64,000 bases of DNA from Eledone cirrhosa (lineage: Eukaryota): NCBI GenBank assembly GCA_964016885.1, contig CAXHJY010000846.1, positions 1 through 64,000 on the forward strand, given 5' to 3'. How positions within the stretch are numbered: the first letter of the stretch is position 1; every line of letters begins with the position of its first letter. Under the pieces are notes generated by a model. That model made no database searches. It worked only from the letters and a program-made list of their open reading frames with translations, and was not told the DNA's origin. A program made the translations under genes and the position numbers. Of the stretch, positions 1 to 11,972 are shown piece by piece.

Positions 1-189
1 TGTGTGTAGTTTTCGTGTGATTCAACCAACCAACCAACCAACCAACCAATAAATATCTCTCTATATATATAGATTACATCTTTTTCTCCTAAACTTTTAA
101 AAATATAAGTCTGTATCCTATAATCGAAAAAATACAGTATGTAATTTGACACACTTATCACATCTTTATCCATATCTGTTGAAGGGAAA

Positions 190-1010
190 ATATTGAAGGT
201 TATGGATAAGTTCGTCTATCTGGATAAGTTCGTCTATCTAGAAACAGCACCCTTGATGAAGAGGTTAGCTACTGCTTGTCTAAAGCTTATGATGCTTTTG
301 GTAAGCTGGAGAAGCTCCTGTGGTCATAGTCATATATCAGTGTGCAAACGAAAGTTGAAGTGTATCAAGCATGTGTGCTTAAAGCTTTTCTGTATGAATG
401 TGAGGCACGGACAACATACTGAGGGCATATCCAGCACCTCAAACGTTTCCACCAAAAATATTTATGCTCCATCCTCAAGATCTCATGGAGGTCTCTTACA
501 CCAGGCACTAATGTGCTGCAGTGGGCCTGTCTGCCAAACATTGAGATCATGATCATGGAACAGTGTCTCCAGTGGTCAAGTTACACAGTATGCTTAGAGC
601 ACAGCAGACTCCCCAAAACAAGTATTGTATGGAGAGCTGTTGCCTGGTAAATGCTTGTAGTGAAAGCCACACTGAAAGATACATAGGAATATTTTGCAAC
701 AGTCAGAACCCAGTGGGGAAATCTGATTGCTACTGGTGTTAAGGAATTTGAAAAGAAGCAGAGGGCCTATGCTGAAGTAAAGCAAGCAGCTAAATATATG
801 GGGGATGTTAGTCCTCTCCCTGAATGGAGTTCGAAAGGAACTCTTACCTGCGAGGGATGCAAATGTGTATTCATGTCAAATGCTGGGCTACTAAACCATA
901 GCAGACATCATACTCATGGAAATGACACCTTTGTGTACCCTATACACCTTAATTTTGCATGTGGCATCTGTACCAAAGTGTGTCACTCTGTAACTTCACA
1001 CAAACACACA
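190..1010 (+). mobile_element. Degenerate 3' part of a BovB-like RTE LINE ORF2, ending in two C2H2-like zinc fingers
   Basis: Broken frames read KVEVYQACVLKAFLYECEARTTY*GHIQHLKRFHQKYLCSILKISW...LPKQVLYGEL, a typical RTE C-terminal region. ORF 798-1094 contains CEGC..HSRHH and CGIC..HKHTH. Confidence 0.75.
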
Positions 1011-1624
1011 CACGCATGTGTGTTTATATGTGTCTTTGTGTGCATGTGTGTGTGTGTTTATATATATATTTCTGTGTTTGTGTTTATATCCTGAAACTTA
1101 CAAGTTCTACAAAAAGAAATCAATAGAATAGGTATCAGCTTTCAAAAAATAATTACTGAGGTTCACATGATCAATGAAATTGCTTTAAGGCAGTGCCCCA
1201 GTATGGTCACAGTCTAATGACTGAAACCAATAAATGCATAAAAAAAAATTAATAAAATATACAATGTTTACCATCTAATATCAAAATACATACCAGTTAT
1301 AAGTGTTATATAAGAAACCCAGACTGATATGTTAAGAATGTGAGTTTACCCTGAGGCATTTCATTTGCTAGATTTGTATTACAAAATTTTAGGGGATAAT
1401 CTAATGTTGTCACTGGTTTATAGCTGAAAGATACACATATGAGGTGTAAACTTAAAAGAAATCTAATCTGCCAGCTTTTGTATTTCTCCCAAGTAAAGTT
1501 AAATTCTGTTGGTGTGGCGGGGCGAGAGGATTAAGATTTAACAATAACTAATGCATGCACACATGCACGAACAGAAACACACACACAAATATATAACTAT
1601 ATACATATATTATTATACTTTTTG

Positions 1625-1952
1625 TTGGTATCTCAAAAAGCATCCAGCCCACACTGTAAAGTGGTTGTGATGGCGACATAACAAAAAGCATCCTGCCAAC
1701 ACTAAAGTGGTCGTATAGGCATCACAACAAAAAACACCCAGTCCACACTGTAAAGTGGTCATGTAGATGTCATGACAAACAACCCCCAGTACACACTGTA
1801 AATGTGGTAGGTGTTAGGAAGAGCATCCAGCCAAAATCAGTTCTGTATCAGCAAGACATGGCCACCTGACCCAAGTTGCCTCTAACGGGCCAACCCGTCT
1901 AAACCCATGCAAGCGTGGAAGGTGGACGTTAAATGATGATGATGATGATGAT
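1625..1952 (+). mobile_element. 3' UTR and (GAT)n tail of the local RTE LINE family
   Basis: About 50-bp subrepeats (cccacactgtaaagtggt), then gtgttaggaagagcatccagcc and cccatgcaagcgtggaaggtggacgttaaa(tga)n. The same tail follows the RTE ORF end at 12110-12670. Confidence 0.8.
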
Positions 1953-2009
1953 TACTGATGAACATGAGAATGAGAACACAATACTAAATTAGAGTTTAAA
2001 TATTCAGTT

Positions 2010-2139
2010 ATTATGGCTAAATAGTGAACCTTGTTACTCTGGAGTTTCACCTGCACACTCACAGGATCATCAGATAAGATGAACCTGTGAGTGTGCAGGT
2101 GAAACTCTAGAGTAACAAGGTTCACCATTTAGCCATAAT
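2010..2139. repeat. Near-perfect palindrome with arms of about 62 bp, built from two head-to-head hammerhead-like units
   Basis: 2010-2071 is the reverse complement of 2078-2139 with 3 mismatches; the spacer is agataa. Confidence 0.9.
2030..2078 (-). ncRNA. Minimal type I hammerhead ribozyme-like motif
   Basis: Minus strand: cuuau-CUGAUGA-uccugugagugugcaggu-GAAA-cuccagag-UA-acaag. The core is complete and the cleavage triplet is GUA; stem I has one mismatch. Confidence 0.7.
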
Positions 2140-2361
2140 GAAGGGATATATGTGTGTACATGTATATATTCATTATATACATTCATATATATAAATATAT
2201 ATGTGTGTGTATATGTATACAAATGAAACAGTTCTAGTCCTGTAGAAGTTATTTCTATATATAACAAAAATGCCTAGACTCTACCAACATATTGAGTAAC
2301 TTTTATAACTGTGGTTGGACCTGAAACAACTCGGGAACCTACATATATATATATTTATATA

Positions 2362-2600
2362 TCATCATCCTCGTTTAATGTCCATCTTCCATGCTAGCAT
2401 GGGTTAGACGGGTTTGTCCCATTTAGAGGCAAGTCGGGTCGGGTGACTGTGTCTCGCTCATATAGGACTATTTCTGGCTGGTTGGTTTTCTATGGCTTGA
2501 TGTTCTTCCTAGTGCCAACCACATTTACAGTGTGTGCTGGGTGCTTTTTACCGTGTCTTTTACACGGCCACTTTACAGTGCTTTTTGTCGTGACACCTAC
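2362..2600 (-). mobile_element. RTE 3' UTR/tail fragment
   Basis: Reverse complement of the tail seen at 1625-1952 and 12400-12670 (catcatc..gtttaatgtccatcttccatgctagcatgggttagacggg). Confidence 0.75.
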
Positions 2601-2639
2601 ATACATACACACACACATATATCTATATATATATATCGT

Positions 2640-4715
2640 GGTTAGTTGCGATGAGGAAATGATTTGAGATGGTAAGTCACACCATCACCCATATCGTAAA
2701 GCAAGTAATGGAAAATGGTGTCATACCCAATGACTGGCATAGTAGTGTCATTGTCAGATGCTATAAGGGCAAGGGAGATGCATTAGACAAAGGAAACTAT
2801 AGAGACTCAAGTTGATGGACCAGGTCATGAAAGATACAGAAAGAGTTACTGCACAGCTGATTAGGGTCGAATTAACCTAGATGTAATGCTGTTTGAATTT
2901 GTGCTTGATAAAAGTACCACTGTTGCCATCTTCCTTGTGAGGCAACACCAGGAGAAGCACCTAACTAAAAATAAGTCCCTCGACTTAACATTTCTTGACC
3001 TGGGGTTCATCAAGGATCTTTTCTTAGCCCCCTCCTGTTTATTATCATCCTGCAAGCTATAATGGACAAGTTCAAAACTGGCTGCCCATGGGAACTCTGA
3101 TATGTTGTTGATCAATCTTTCATAGCTGAATTTATGGCAGAATTAGAGAAGAAATTCCAAACCTGGAAACATAGCTTGGAATCAAAAGGTCTTAAAGTTA
3201 ACTTGGCAAAGACCAAAGTCCTAGTAAGTAGAAAGGAAACAGGTCTTGACTTCAGAAAAATGGCCTTGCTCTGTGTGCAGGAAAGGAGGGGCAGAAATTC
3301 CATTGTATGTCCAAAATGCAAACTATGGGTACACAAGAGATGTAGCAAGTTCTCAGGCAGACCAGCAAAGAACATAGGTTTTATATGTGGTCAATGTACC
3401 AGGACAGTAAGCAACAAGAGCTTACAGGAAACAAGCTCTGTTAAATGCTCAGAGGGCTCTATAGAAGTAGTTGTTAACTTGTTACCTGAATGACCAAATT
3501 AACAGTGGTGGTGAGTGAGAATAGGATGGAAGTTCAGGGAGCTACTACCACTGCTAACTACAAAGAATTTTGCCTTTACTATGAAATGCAGCTTATATGA
3601 TGCTTGTGTTCAAACAGTGATGCTGCATGGAAGTGAAACCTAGGCAGTGTGTGTAGAGAACCTACAAAGATTGGAAAGAAATGAATCTTCCATGCTTTGA
3701 TGGGTGCGTAATAATAGTGTGCATTAGCGACAAAGAGTAAATTAACTGAAAAAGAAACTGGTCATAGGAGGGATCACTTGTCATCCAGGAGTGTAGACTA
3801 CAGTGGTATGGACATGTGGTGTTTATGGAGGATGAGAGCTGTATAAAAAAGTGCAGGGCATTCAGAGTGGATGGAAGCTAGGGAGGAGGAAGGTCTAGGA
3901 AAGCTTGGGATGAAGTGGTTAAAAGCCGATCTTGCACAATTAAACCTCTCACACAGGATTGAGATCTCTGGCATTATGTTGTATTGCAGAAGACCTTCTT
4001 TCCCATATGCACAGAATGAAACAGCATGTAGAGGACACTAGCCTGCAATTAGCATTGCTCTACTCACCCCATCTACCTTTCCTAGTCTTAATACCCTCCC
4101 TCTCAACAAATAAATACCCCATTCACCTCAATCATGTCTGACTTGCCTATCCCTCCCCACCCATCTTACAAGCTCCTGTCATTCTCAACCCCTACATACA
4201 AGCATGGAAAGTAGGACACACACCAAATCTTCTCCCCTTCTCATAATGCTGTTGCCATGACAAAAAGTACTTTGTCTACCCTGTATGGCAATCTAGTACC
4301 ACAACAACAAAAAACATTCAGTCCATCATATAAGGAGGTTGTACTGATAACATGAAAAGAGGCAGCTACAAATGCACTCTATAAGATGGTTGCACTGGTG
4401 ACATTCCAGGAGATCCACAGTCCACCCTATGTAGAAGTCATGTTGGTGACAGGCAAAAAGCACTTAGTAAGGTAGTATGTTGGTGACATGACAAAAATCA
4501 TTCAGTCCATCCTGTTAGATGGTCATTTTGGTGTCATGATAAAAAGCATTCAGTGCACACTGTAATGTGGTTGGTGTTAAGAAGAGCATCCAGTCGTAGA
4601 AACTAAACCGCAATACAGATTCAGATGAGTACATGTGGTACCCTGACCTGACTAATTTCATAATGTGATGATCCATCTAACCAATACAAGCATGGAAAAT
4701 GGACATTAAATGTTC
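2640..4715 (+). mobile_element. Degenerate 5'-truncated RTE LINE (PHD-type family): RT remnants, C-terminus and 3' UTR
   Basis: CYKGKGDALDKGNYRDSS, ELEKKFQTWKHSLESKGLKVNLAKTKVL, CPKCKLWVHKRCS and MLHGSET; many stops and frameshifts; ends in catggaaaatggacattaaatg. Confidence 0.85.
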
Positions 4716-4737
4716 ACTATATATATATATATATATA

Positions 4738-6012
4738 CAGAGTGTGGACGATATTTGTTCGCAATTTTCAACTGCTAATTTTATGCAAATTTTTTTTACT
4801 TCCGTTGTCACTATTGTCATCATAAAAACAGTGACTATATTTCCATTATTTATTTTCAGAATAATTGATTATGAATAATTTTGAACCTCCAAATTTGTGG
4901 AAGAGACACGGAGTTCTTCTTGGAATCCGTGCCGGGAGGACAAATCATGAAATTTCAGACTTTCTCAGCGTCAGCAGGAGAATGGTGGAAAAGGTCGGAA
5001 AGGAAGATTCAGGATTCGACTACGAAGAAACATCAGAGAGGAAAACACATGATCGACGATCTGACGCCTTCAGAACGCCTGGGTTCATCGCTGAAGTTCG
5101 GGATATCATCAACAATGAACCTAGCGAGTCGATGCGTGCCATTGCAAGGGAGAAAGGCGTGGATGAAAAGCTCATTAGGCTGGTGGTACATGAAGACATT
5201 CGCTACGTTTCATACAAGATGAGGAAAGGACAATTTCTGTCAAAGGCGATGCAAGAAAAGCGACTGAAGCACACAAAGAAGCTGATCAACAAGTTGAAAC
5301 ACCCACTGGAGCCAGACATGCTGTGGTTTTTCTCCGACGAGAAAAACTTCTGCCAAGACCAGAAGATTAACTCCTAGAACAACAGGTGGCTCGCTGTCTC
5401 ATCCATAGACGTGCCCAGAGTCATGCAGACAAAGTTTCCAGCGACAACATTGGTATTAGGTGTCGTCATGCCACCTCACTTCTTCCCTGCGGGCCTCAAG
5501 CTGAACACCGATGGCTACATCCGCGTTTTGAGCGTGGTAGTAAAGCCCTGGATCGACCAGGTAGCTGCAGGTAGGCCGTACGTGTGGCAGCAAGACTCAG
5601 CGCCCTGCCATACCAGCTGAAAGACCCAAGCCTGGCTGTCAGAGAACTTCATCAACCAAACCACACTTCACCTGACATCTGGCCTCCCAGCTCGCCTGAC
5701 TGCAACCCTCTCGACTTCTTTGTGTGGTGCACAGTGGAACGAGGCACCAACAGATCTAGCTGCAATACGAAAGACGATCTGAAAGCCAGGATCACAAGTG
5801 CCTTTAGGGGCCTAAGTCGGGAGACAGTGACAAAGGCCTGTAGCCAGTTCCAAGGCCGCCTTGAGGTCGTCCTCAAAGCCAATGGGGGGGGGGGGGTATC
5901 AAGTGAGATCGAAAGAACAAGTCATGAAGAGAAACTGACCCAAGTTTGATAAATAAATCTTAAAAAATAAAACTACTGTGTTATTTTTTCCTAGACAGTA
6001 ATCTTGCGACCT
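4738..6012 (+). mobile_element. Tc1/mariner superfamily DNA transposon, DD37D (maT) family, disrupted transposase
   Basis: WFFSDEKNF...WQQDSAPCH...WPPSSPDCNPLDFFVW. There are 37 residues between the 2nd and 3rd Asp after removing a 5-nt insertion near 5656. Both sides are (TA)n; matching TIRs were not recognisable. Confidence 0.88.
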
Positions 6013-6014
6013 GA

Positions 6015-6147
6015 ATATATGTATGTGTATAAATGTATGTTTATATATATATGTATATATATATATGTATATATACGTATGTATATATATATATGTATGT
6101 ATATATATATGTATATATATATATATATATGTATGTATATATATACG

Positions 6148-6219
<72 letters not shown>

Positions 6220-6253
6220 TACAAATAAAAGGCAGAGTTAATAACTCATACTG

Positions 6254-6337
<84 letters not shown>

Positions 6338-6500
6338 GTATATATATATGTATATATATATTAATATATATATATATTTGTATGTGTATATATATATATA
6401 TTAATATATATATATGTATATATATATGTATATATATATATTAATATATATATATATATAAATATATATATTTGTGTGTGTATATATATATATATATCAT
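6015..6500. repeat. (TA)n/(TATG)n microsatellite field
   Basis: Direct reading; the YI-repeat ORFs here are artefacts. Confidence 0.95.
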
Positions 6501-6534
6501 CATCATCGTTTAACGTCCACTTTCCATGCTAGCA

Positions 6535-6640
6535 ACTATCAGTTCAGCGATTGTTGCTGGTTTTGTAGCATACACTTTATCTTTTAAGTATCCCCCATAA
6601 GAAGAAGTCTGAAGGGGTGAGATCTGATGAATGAGGACGA
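6535..6640 (-). mobile_element. Small Tc1/mariner transposase fragment (rosa/DD41D-like C-terminal motif)
   Basis: PHSSDLTPSDFFLWG(fs)YLKDKVYATKPATIAEL resembles the WPPRSPDLTPCDFFLWGYLK motif. Confidence 0.65.
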
Positions 6641-6677
<37 letters not shown>

Positions 6678-6803
6678 GGAGGTGAGTTTTATTGTAGTAC
6701 AATAAAGGAATGCAGATATCGGATAAGAAGCACTCTACAGTTTGTAGGACTGGAGTATAAATAATAATATATAAGATCAAAAGATGGTTAAAAGAGTTCC
6801 ATG

Positions 6804-6874
6804 TATTTTATCATGCGCATTTCAAAAACAAATATCATCATGCAATAACATTTGCGTTTTCGTCAGATAAAATA
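6804..6874 (-). ncRNA. Hammerhead-like motif in the PLE 3' region, probably inactive (G at the cleavage position)
   Basis: uauuuuau-CUGACGA-[long GU-rich stem II]-GAAA-ugcgca-UG-auaaaaua, with a perfect 8-bp stem I and a palindromic stem III. Confidence 0.65.
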
Positions 6875-7871
6875 GGGAGACATGATATGAAGGTTAAAAC
6901 ACACTTGTGAATAGTGCAGTTTTAAATCAACATATGAAAAGTAGGTTTAGATTGATGTGTGATATTGGGGAAAAAATTGAGGAGGGGGAGGTTGGAAAGG
7001 ATGAAAAAGAGGAGGAGATGAGAGTAAAAAGTGGAGGGGGAGGAGTATAATGAGGAAGGATGAGATAGGAGGAGAGATGGCTGATAGAGAGAGATAGCTT
7101 TTATAACTGAGAAAAATATATTGTTTTACCTAGAGAGGTTGAAAAACCGTTGGAAGATAATATATAAATTAAAAGAATTTGAAAATTAACGAAGAGAAAA
7201 ATTTCAGAATAATGTTAAATTAAGGTTTGTATATTTAAGGGTTTAATAATATGTGCGATGAAAAGAAATTGTTAATATGTATTAAGAATAATATTTAAGG
7301 GTTTAATAATATGTGCGATGGAAAGAAATTGTTGATATGTGTTATAAAAAAAAAAAATATAGCAATAGTAATGTAATTAAGGATATATTGTGAAAGAAGT
7401 AGAAGAGTGGATGAATAAGTGTAATATGTATAAGTTAGATGAGTATGAAAGGGAGAAAAAATAATGAATTGAGGATGAATAATCTAACGTCAAAAAAATG
7501 TTTATGTTTACGAAGGATTTTTTCAAGGTGATATAAAGTAAGAATATATTGTACTGAGTAATAATTGTTTCTACGTTAGGCACAATGATAATTGAGAAGT
7601 ATCTAGGAAGAAAAGGTACAGATTAGGGGTTAGAAATTAAAAGAAAAAGAAAAAAGGAAAGAAAAAAGAAAAAAGAAAAAAGAAAAAAGAAAAAAGAAAA
7701 AAGAAAGAAAGGGAAGTGATAATAGGAGTGATATAGAATGAGTAACTAGTATTATATAATGTATAATAAATAACATTGAAATAAGGTAGAAAGATGGGTA
7801 TATTTTTAAAGAAATATATATGTATATATATATATGTGCCTTTGAGAAAAGGATTTTAAATTGATAAAGTA

Positions 7872-9647
7872 TTAGATATTAGCTGTATACTTTATGGAAT
7901 GTTCTGTGGAATTTATGCAAGCAGAGAGAAAAAACAAGTCAGTGCGTCTATTTATTATAGAATCTAAATTAGATATAATGGTAAATTTTTCACATAAACA
8001 GAGATTGCATGTCTTGGATAGAGAACTATTCAAGTATGGAGAAGCAGAACAAACCTTCTTCCAAGAGATGTTATAGTTAATATTTTTGTCTTTCAAGGAC
8101 CATATGAGTTCTGAGAGTGCCGTGTTGGTTCTTTTAAGTTGGTATTTAAAAGACGAATGATGATTATAAAGACGAGCTTTAAAGGAGGTGGAAGTGGAGC
8201 CAAAATAGGTAAAGGAATTGGTGTCAGTTATAACTTTACATTCGTAGATTAAGTTTTTTTCAAGACAATGGTTGTTGAGAGGACATTTATTTTTAACAGG
8301 GCAATTGCAATTGCGATTAGAGAGATTAACAGAGTTATTAACAAGTGACCTAGTGTTATCTATAGAAGGGATTGGATTGGAGAAGTTATTTACGATAGGA
8401 ATAATAGTTTCTTGATTTAGAATGGGATTAAGAACATTTAGCGAAGTTGCGTTTGACGTTGTATTTGGGTTTGCAGAAATTAGCCTAGAGTTAACAATGA
8501 CGTCGGGAGTACTATAACTATTATTATGATATTCAGTGTTGGAAGGAAAAGATTTAGTATTTAGTATTTTATTGTTGTGTTTAGAGATAATGTTGGAGAT
8601 GTTGGAGGAGGTCGAATAGGAAAATGTTATAGTGTGTTTGTTAAATATTTTACTATAGATATGTGAGAGAGGGAAGCATTTATTTAAGGCACTAAAGAAT
8701 AATTTAGGAATATTATTATTAATAGAGATGGAGAAAGGAGGATTATACCAGATTATATTTTTGTATCTAGGTCTTTTATTAAAGTTATTGGAATGATCAT
8801 GATTAATTATTCTACTGTAAGATCTTCTAGAATTTGTTTCTTTACTATATTTGATTTTATCAGGATAACCGGCTTTAGAAAGCGCGTTATTATAGTAATT
8901 GGCGTTAGCATCAAAGATGTTTTTATTAGAAGATAGGTTAGATATTCTTTTTCCAATATTACTAACTATAGCATTCTTAATATTAGTGGGGTGGTTAGAT
9001 TTAAAATTAATATAATTTAGGTTCTCATTGTTTTTATGGTAAGGGTAATATAGGCCAGTGTCAAGATTAAGAGATACATCCAAGAAATTAGCTAGTTTGA
9101 TGCTGTTATCAAATTCAATTTTTAAGTTATGTTGGTTAAAGAGATTACGTATATTGTTCTTAATAATATTAAGGTTAACTATGTTGCAATTTAAGATAGT
9201 AAAGAGTCCATCGTCACGATAAATTCCACCGCGAAGTTGAGGAATTTTCCGATTCAAAGAGTTCAAAATAAAGATACCAATTAAATCTGTCAATTGGGAT
9301 GAATCGGATGCTCCCATTGTGATGTCAAAGTTGTTAGAGGTATCAGCTCTGGTCCAATATTCATTGTTGAACTCTGGGATGGTTTTACGTGCGGTGAGAA
9401 TGATGTGAAGTTCATCTGTGGTGATGTCTGAATATTTGTAAGCGAAAGATAGAGCATTGTTAAGAAGTGAGGGCGAAATAGAAGAATAGTAGCTGGCAAT
9501 ATCAAATTGAATAAATTTTTGTTTATTTTTCTTATTCAATTTGTTGAACCAGCCAATCACTTCAGAAGTACCAAACCATAAATTTAAGTTCAAAGAAGAG
9601 CAATTAGAACGAACCTGTGGGATAATTCTATCCAAGATGGTATCCAA
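7872..9647 (-). CDS. PLE reverse transcriptase plus GIY-YIG endonuclease (N-terminally truncated, 591 codons open)
   Basis: FIQFDIASYY, TMGASDSSQLTDLIG, GIYRDDGL, FLDVSLNL, KSNHP; linker CNCPVKNKCPLNNHC; nuclease LIYECKV..YFGST..FKARLYNH; C-terminal CNLCLCEK. Confidence 0.9.
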   Translation of the reverse strand: MDTILDRIIPQVRSNCSSLNLNLWFGTSEVIGWFNKLNKKNKQKFIQFDIASYYSSISPSLLNNALSFAYKYSDITTDELHIILTARKTIPEFNNEYWTRADTSNNFDITMGASDSSQLTDLIGIFILNSLNRKIPQLRGGIYRDDGLFTILNCNIVNLNIIKNNIRNLFNQHNLKIEFDNSIKLANFLDVSLNLDTGLYYPYHKNNENLNYINFKSNHPTNIKNAIVSNIGKRISNLSSNKNIFDANANYYNNALSKAGYPDKIKYSKETNSRRSYSRIINHDHSNNFNKRPRYKNIIWYNPPFSISINNNIPKLFFSALNKCFPLSHIYSKIFNKHTITFSYSTSSNISNIISKHNNKILNTKSFPSNTEYHNNSYSTPDVIVNSRLISANPNTTSNATSLNVLNPILNQETIIPIVNNFSNPIPSIDNTRSLVNNSVNLSNRNCNCPVKNKCPLNNHCLEKNLIYECKVITDTNSFTYFGSTSTSFKARLYNHHSSFKYQLKRTNTALSELIWSLKDKNINYNISWKKVCSASPYLNSSLSKTCNLCLCEKFTIISNLDSIINRRTDLFFLSACINSTEHSIKYTANI

Positions 9648-9949
9648 TATGAGAGTTAGCGATCAACCGTCATTATACTCCTCCTCCTCCACTTTTTACT
9701 CTCATCTCCTCCTCGTTTTCATCCTTTCCACCACCCCTCCCAATATATAAACAACCATCTGGTTGTGGAACCAACCAACCAACCGGAAATTTATAAATTC
9801 CTAAATTTATAAATTTATTATAATAAATTGAAGTGAAAGCAACTGGTGCGTGTGTTTCTTATTGGCAACATAACCCTCCCAAAGTATAACAATATCGGTT
9901 TCAACACACGTTTTCAGATAAAGAATCTTGCTAAACAAATTCAGAAACG

Positions 9950-9983
<34 letters not shown>

Positions 9984-10007
9984 ATATATATGTGTGTATA
10001 TATATAA

Positions 10008-11500
10008 ATGAGCTCCATAGACCTCATCATGTACTCTCGTTATGTAGACGATATCAATATAGTTATAAGAACATCCCCACTAGAGAGCACTAACAAGTTT
10101 GATTTAGAACGTAGCACGATGGAAAGCATCCAGCAGATAGCTAATTCCATACACCAGAGTATAACTGTAACTATCGACTTCCCTTCCAAACTTCCAAACA
10201 CCCTAACAATAGACTACCTGTATTAGACACAGAACTCTGGATTAACACTATAGACGAGAGAGCCCAAATTCTCCACTCACACTATGCTAAACCCATGGCC
10301 TCCAAATACCTGATACTCAAAAACTCAGCAATGTCCAGTAGTGCTAAGGTTAATATTCTGATCGCAGATTTGGTACGAGTGATGAAGAATGTGTCCCGCA
10401 TGTGCGACCCAACAGAAATGGAAAGACACATCCAACACTTCATCAACCGCATGCAGTTCTCTGGCTACAACCAAAGAGACAGAGTCAGAGTATACGAAGG
10501 AGCCATGGAGAAGTATAAGACCCTCATAGAACTGGACATGAAAGGAATTTGCCCATTATACAGGAGCAAATCATGGAATAGCTTAGATAGGGCTAGACAT
10601 AAGATAGGGAAAGCCACCTCATGGTACGACAACCAGAGATACCAGAGTGTCATGTTTGTGGACGCTACCCCTGGAGGGAAATTAGCTAACCAGTGTAGAA
10701 AGGCCCTGAGAAAGACCCACTTAAAAATTAAGGTGGTAGAGAAGCCAGGAACCACCATAAAATCCCTGATCGGCAAAACCTACCCTTTTAAGAAAACCCA
10801 CTATACCAATAAAAAATGTATCATATGTAAGGTAAACCCCCGGATAAACTGTAAAACTAGAAACGTAGTCTATAGCATAAGATGTACAGAGGGTACTTGC
10901 AGAAACATGACAACAACATACATAGGTGAGACAGCTCGTAGCATAGGTGAAAGGATAGACCAACACTGGGGGGAACTAAAAGGACGAAAAAACGGGTCAG
11001 TACTATACGAACATGCTAGACAACAACATGACGGTAACATAGACAACATAGAAATTAGAATAATATCTAAACATAGAAATGACCCAGCAGATAGGCAAAT
11101 CAGAGAGGCCAGTGAAATAGAAATTAGAAGACCAAGACTAAACAGAAAGAATGAATGGAATAACAACAACACCCAAACAAACAACACTGACCTAAGAGAA
11201 GTATAAATAAGTAAATAAAATAAAATAAATAAATAAATAAATAAATACATACACAAGCACAATAACAACAAGCACATAAACACACACTAGTCACCCATCA
11301 CACAGCAAACAAAACACTATACACACACGCAAACGCATGCGCAAAGAAGACAAAATAAAATAAACAAACAAGCAAATAAATAAATAAATATATAGACAGA
11401 CTGAATAAAAATGGCGTAGACATACAATACAACAGGAGGAAAAGATAGCACTACTGACGATGTTGCAGATGTGCAACGAAAGATTTATGATAAACTATAT
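10008..11500 (+). mobile_element. 5'-truncated Penelope-like element of a second clade (CCHH-type GIY-YIG; Nematis/Neptune-like)
   Basis: YSRYVDDINIV (ORF 10008-10226), a frameshift, then ORF 10295-11206 with KPMAS..SA, MQFSGY, CKTRNVVYSIRCTEGTC..YIGETARSIGERIDQH..YEHARQQH..REASEI..LNRKNEW. Confidence 0.85.
11445..11498 (+). ncRNA. Hammerhead-like motif in the 3' UTR of the second PLE
   Basis: CUGACGA-u-guugca(gaug)ugcaac-GAAA-gauu-UA; stem I is degraded. Confidence 0.55.
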
Positions 11501-11628
11501 ATATGTGTTTGCGTCTATATTGTATCTGTATTATTTTTGACCGCCGGTCAGTCAATGGCAACATTGAGGACCGAGTAAGTTAGATTACCGATATAAAAGA
11601 TACAGAAGCGAGAAGCGAAAACCAACCA

Positions 11629-11969
<341 letters not shown>

Positions 11970-11972
<3 letters not shown>

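Larger units (their letters stand above)
6676..9745 (-). mobile_element. 5'-truncated Penelope-like element (Hydra-like) with long 3' UTR and an inverted UTR piece at the 5' junction
   Basis: Contains the RT-GIY-YIG ORF 7872-9647. 9670-9745 is a diverged reverse complement of about 6960-7052. The 3' end abuts (TA)n. Confidence 0.85.

Noticed and set aside
4738-6012. Terminal inverted repeats of the maT element
   Set aside because: The left end (cagagtgtggacgat) and right end (aatcttgcgacctg) do not match convincingly, so the boundaries are inferred from the TA flanks only.
7872-9647. Selenoprotein-type (Naiad) PLE or telomerase
   Set aside because: The nuclease is C-terminal, the Cys positions are ordinary Cys codons with no in-frame TGA, and a GIY-YIG domain is not a TERT feature.
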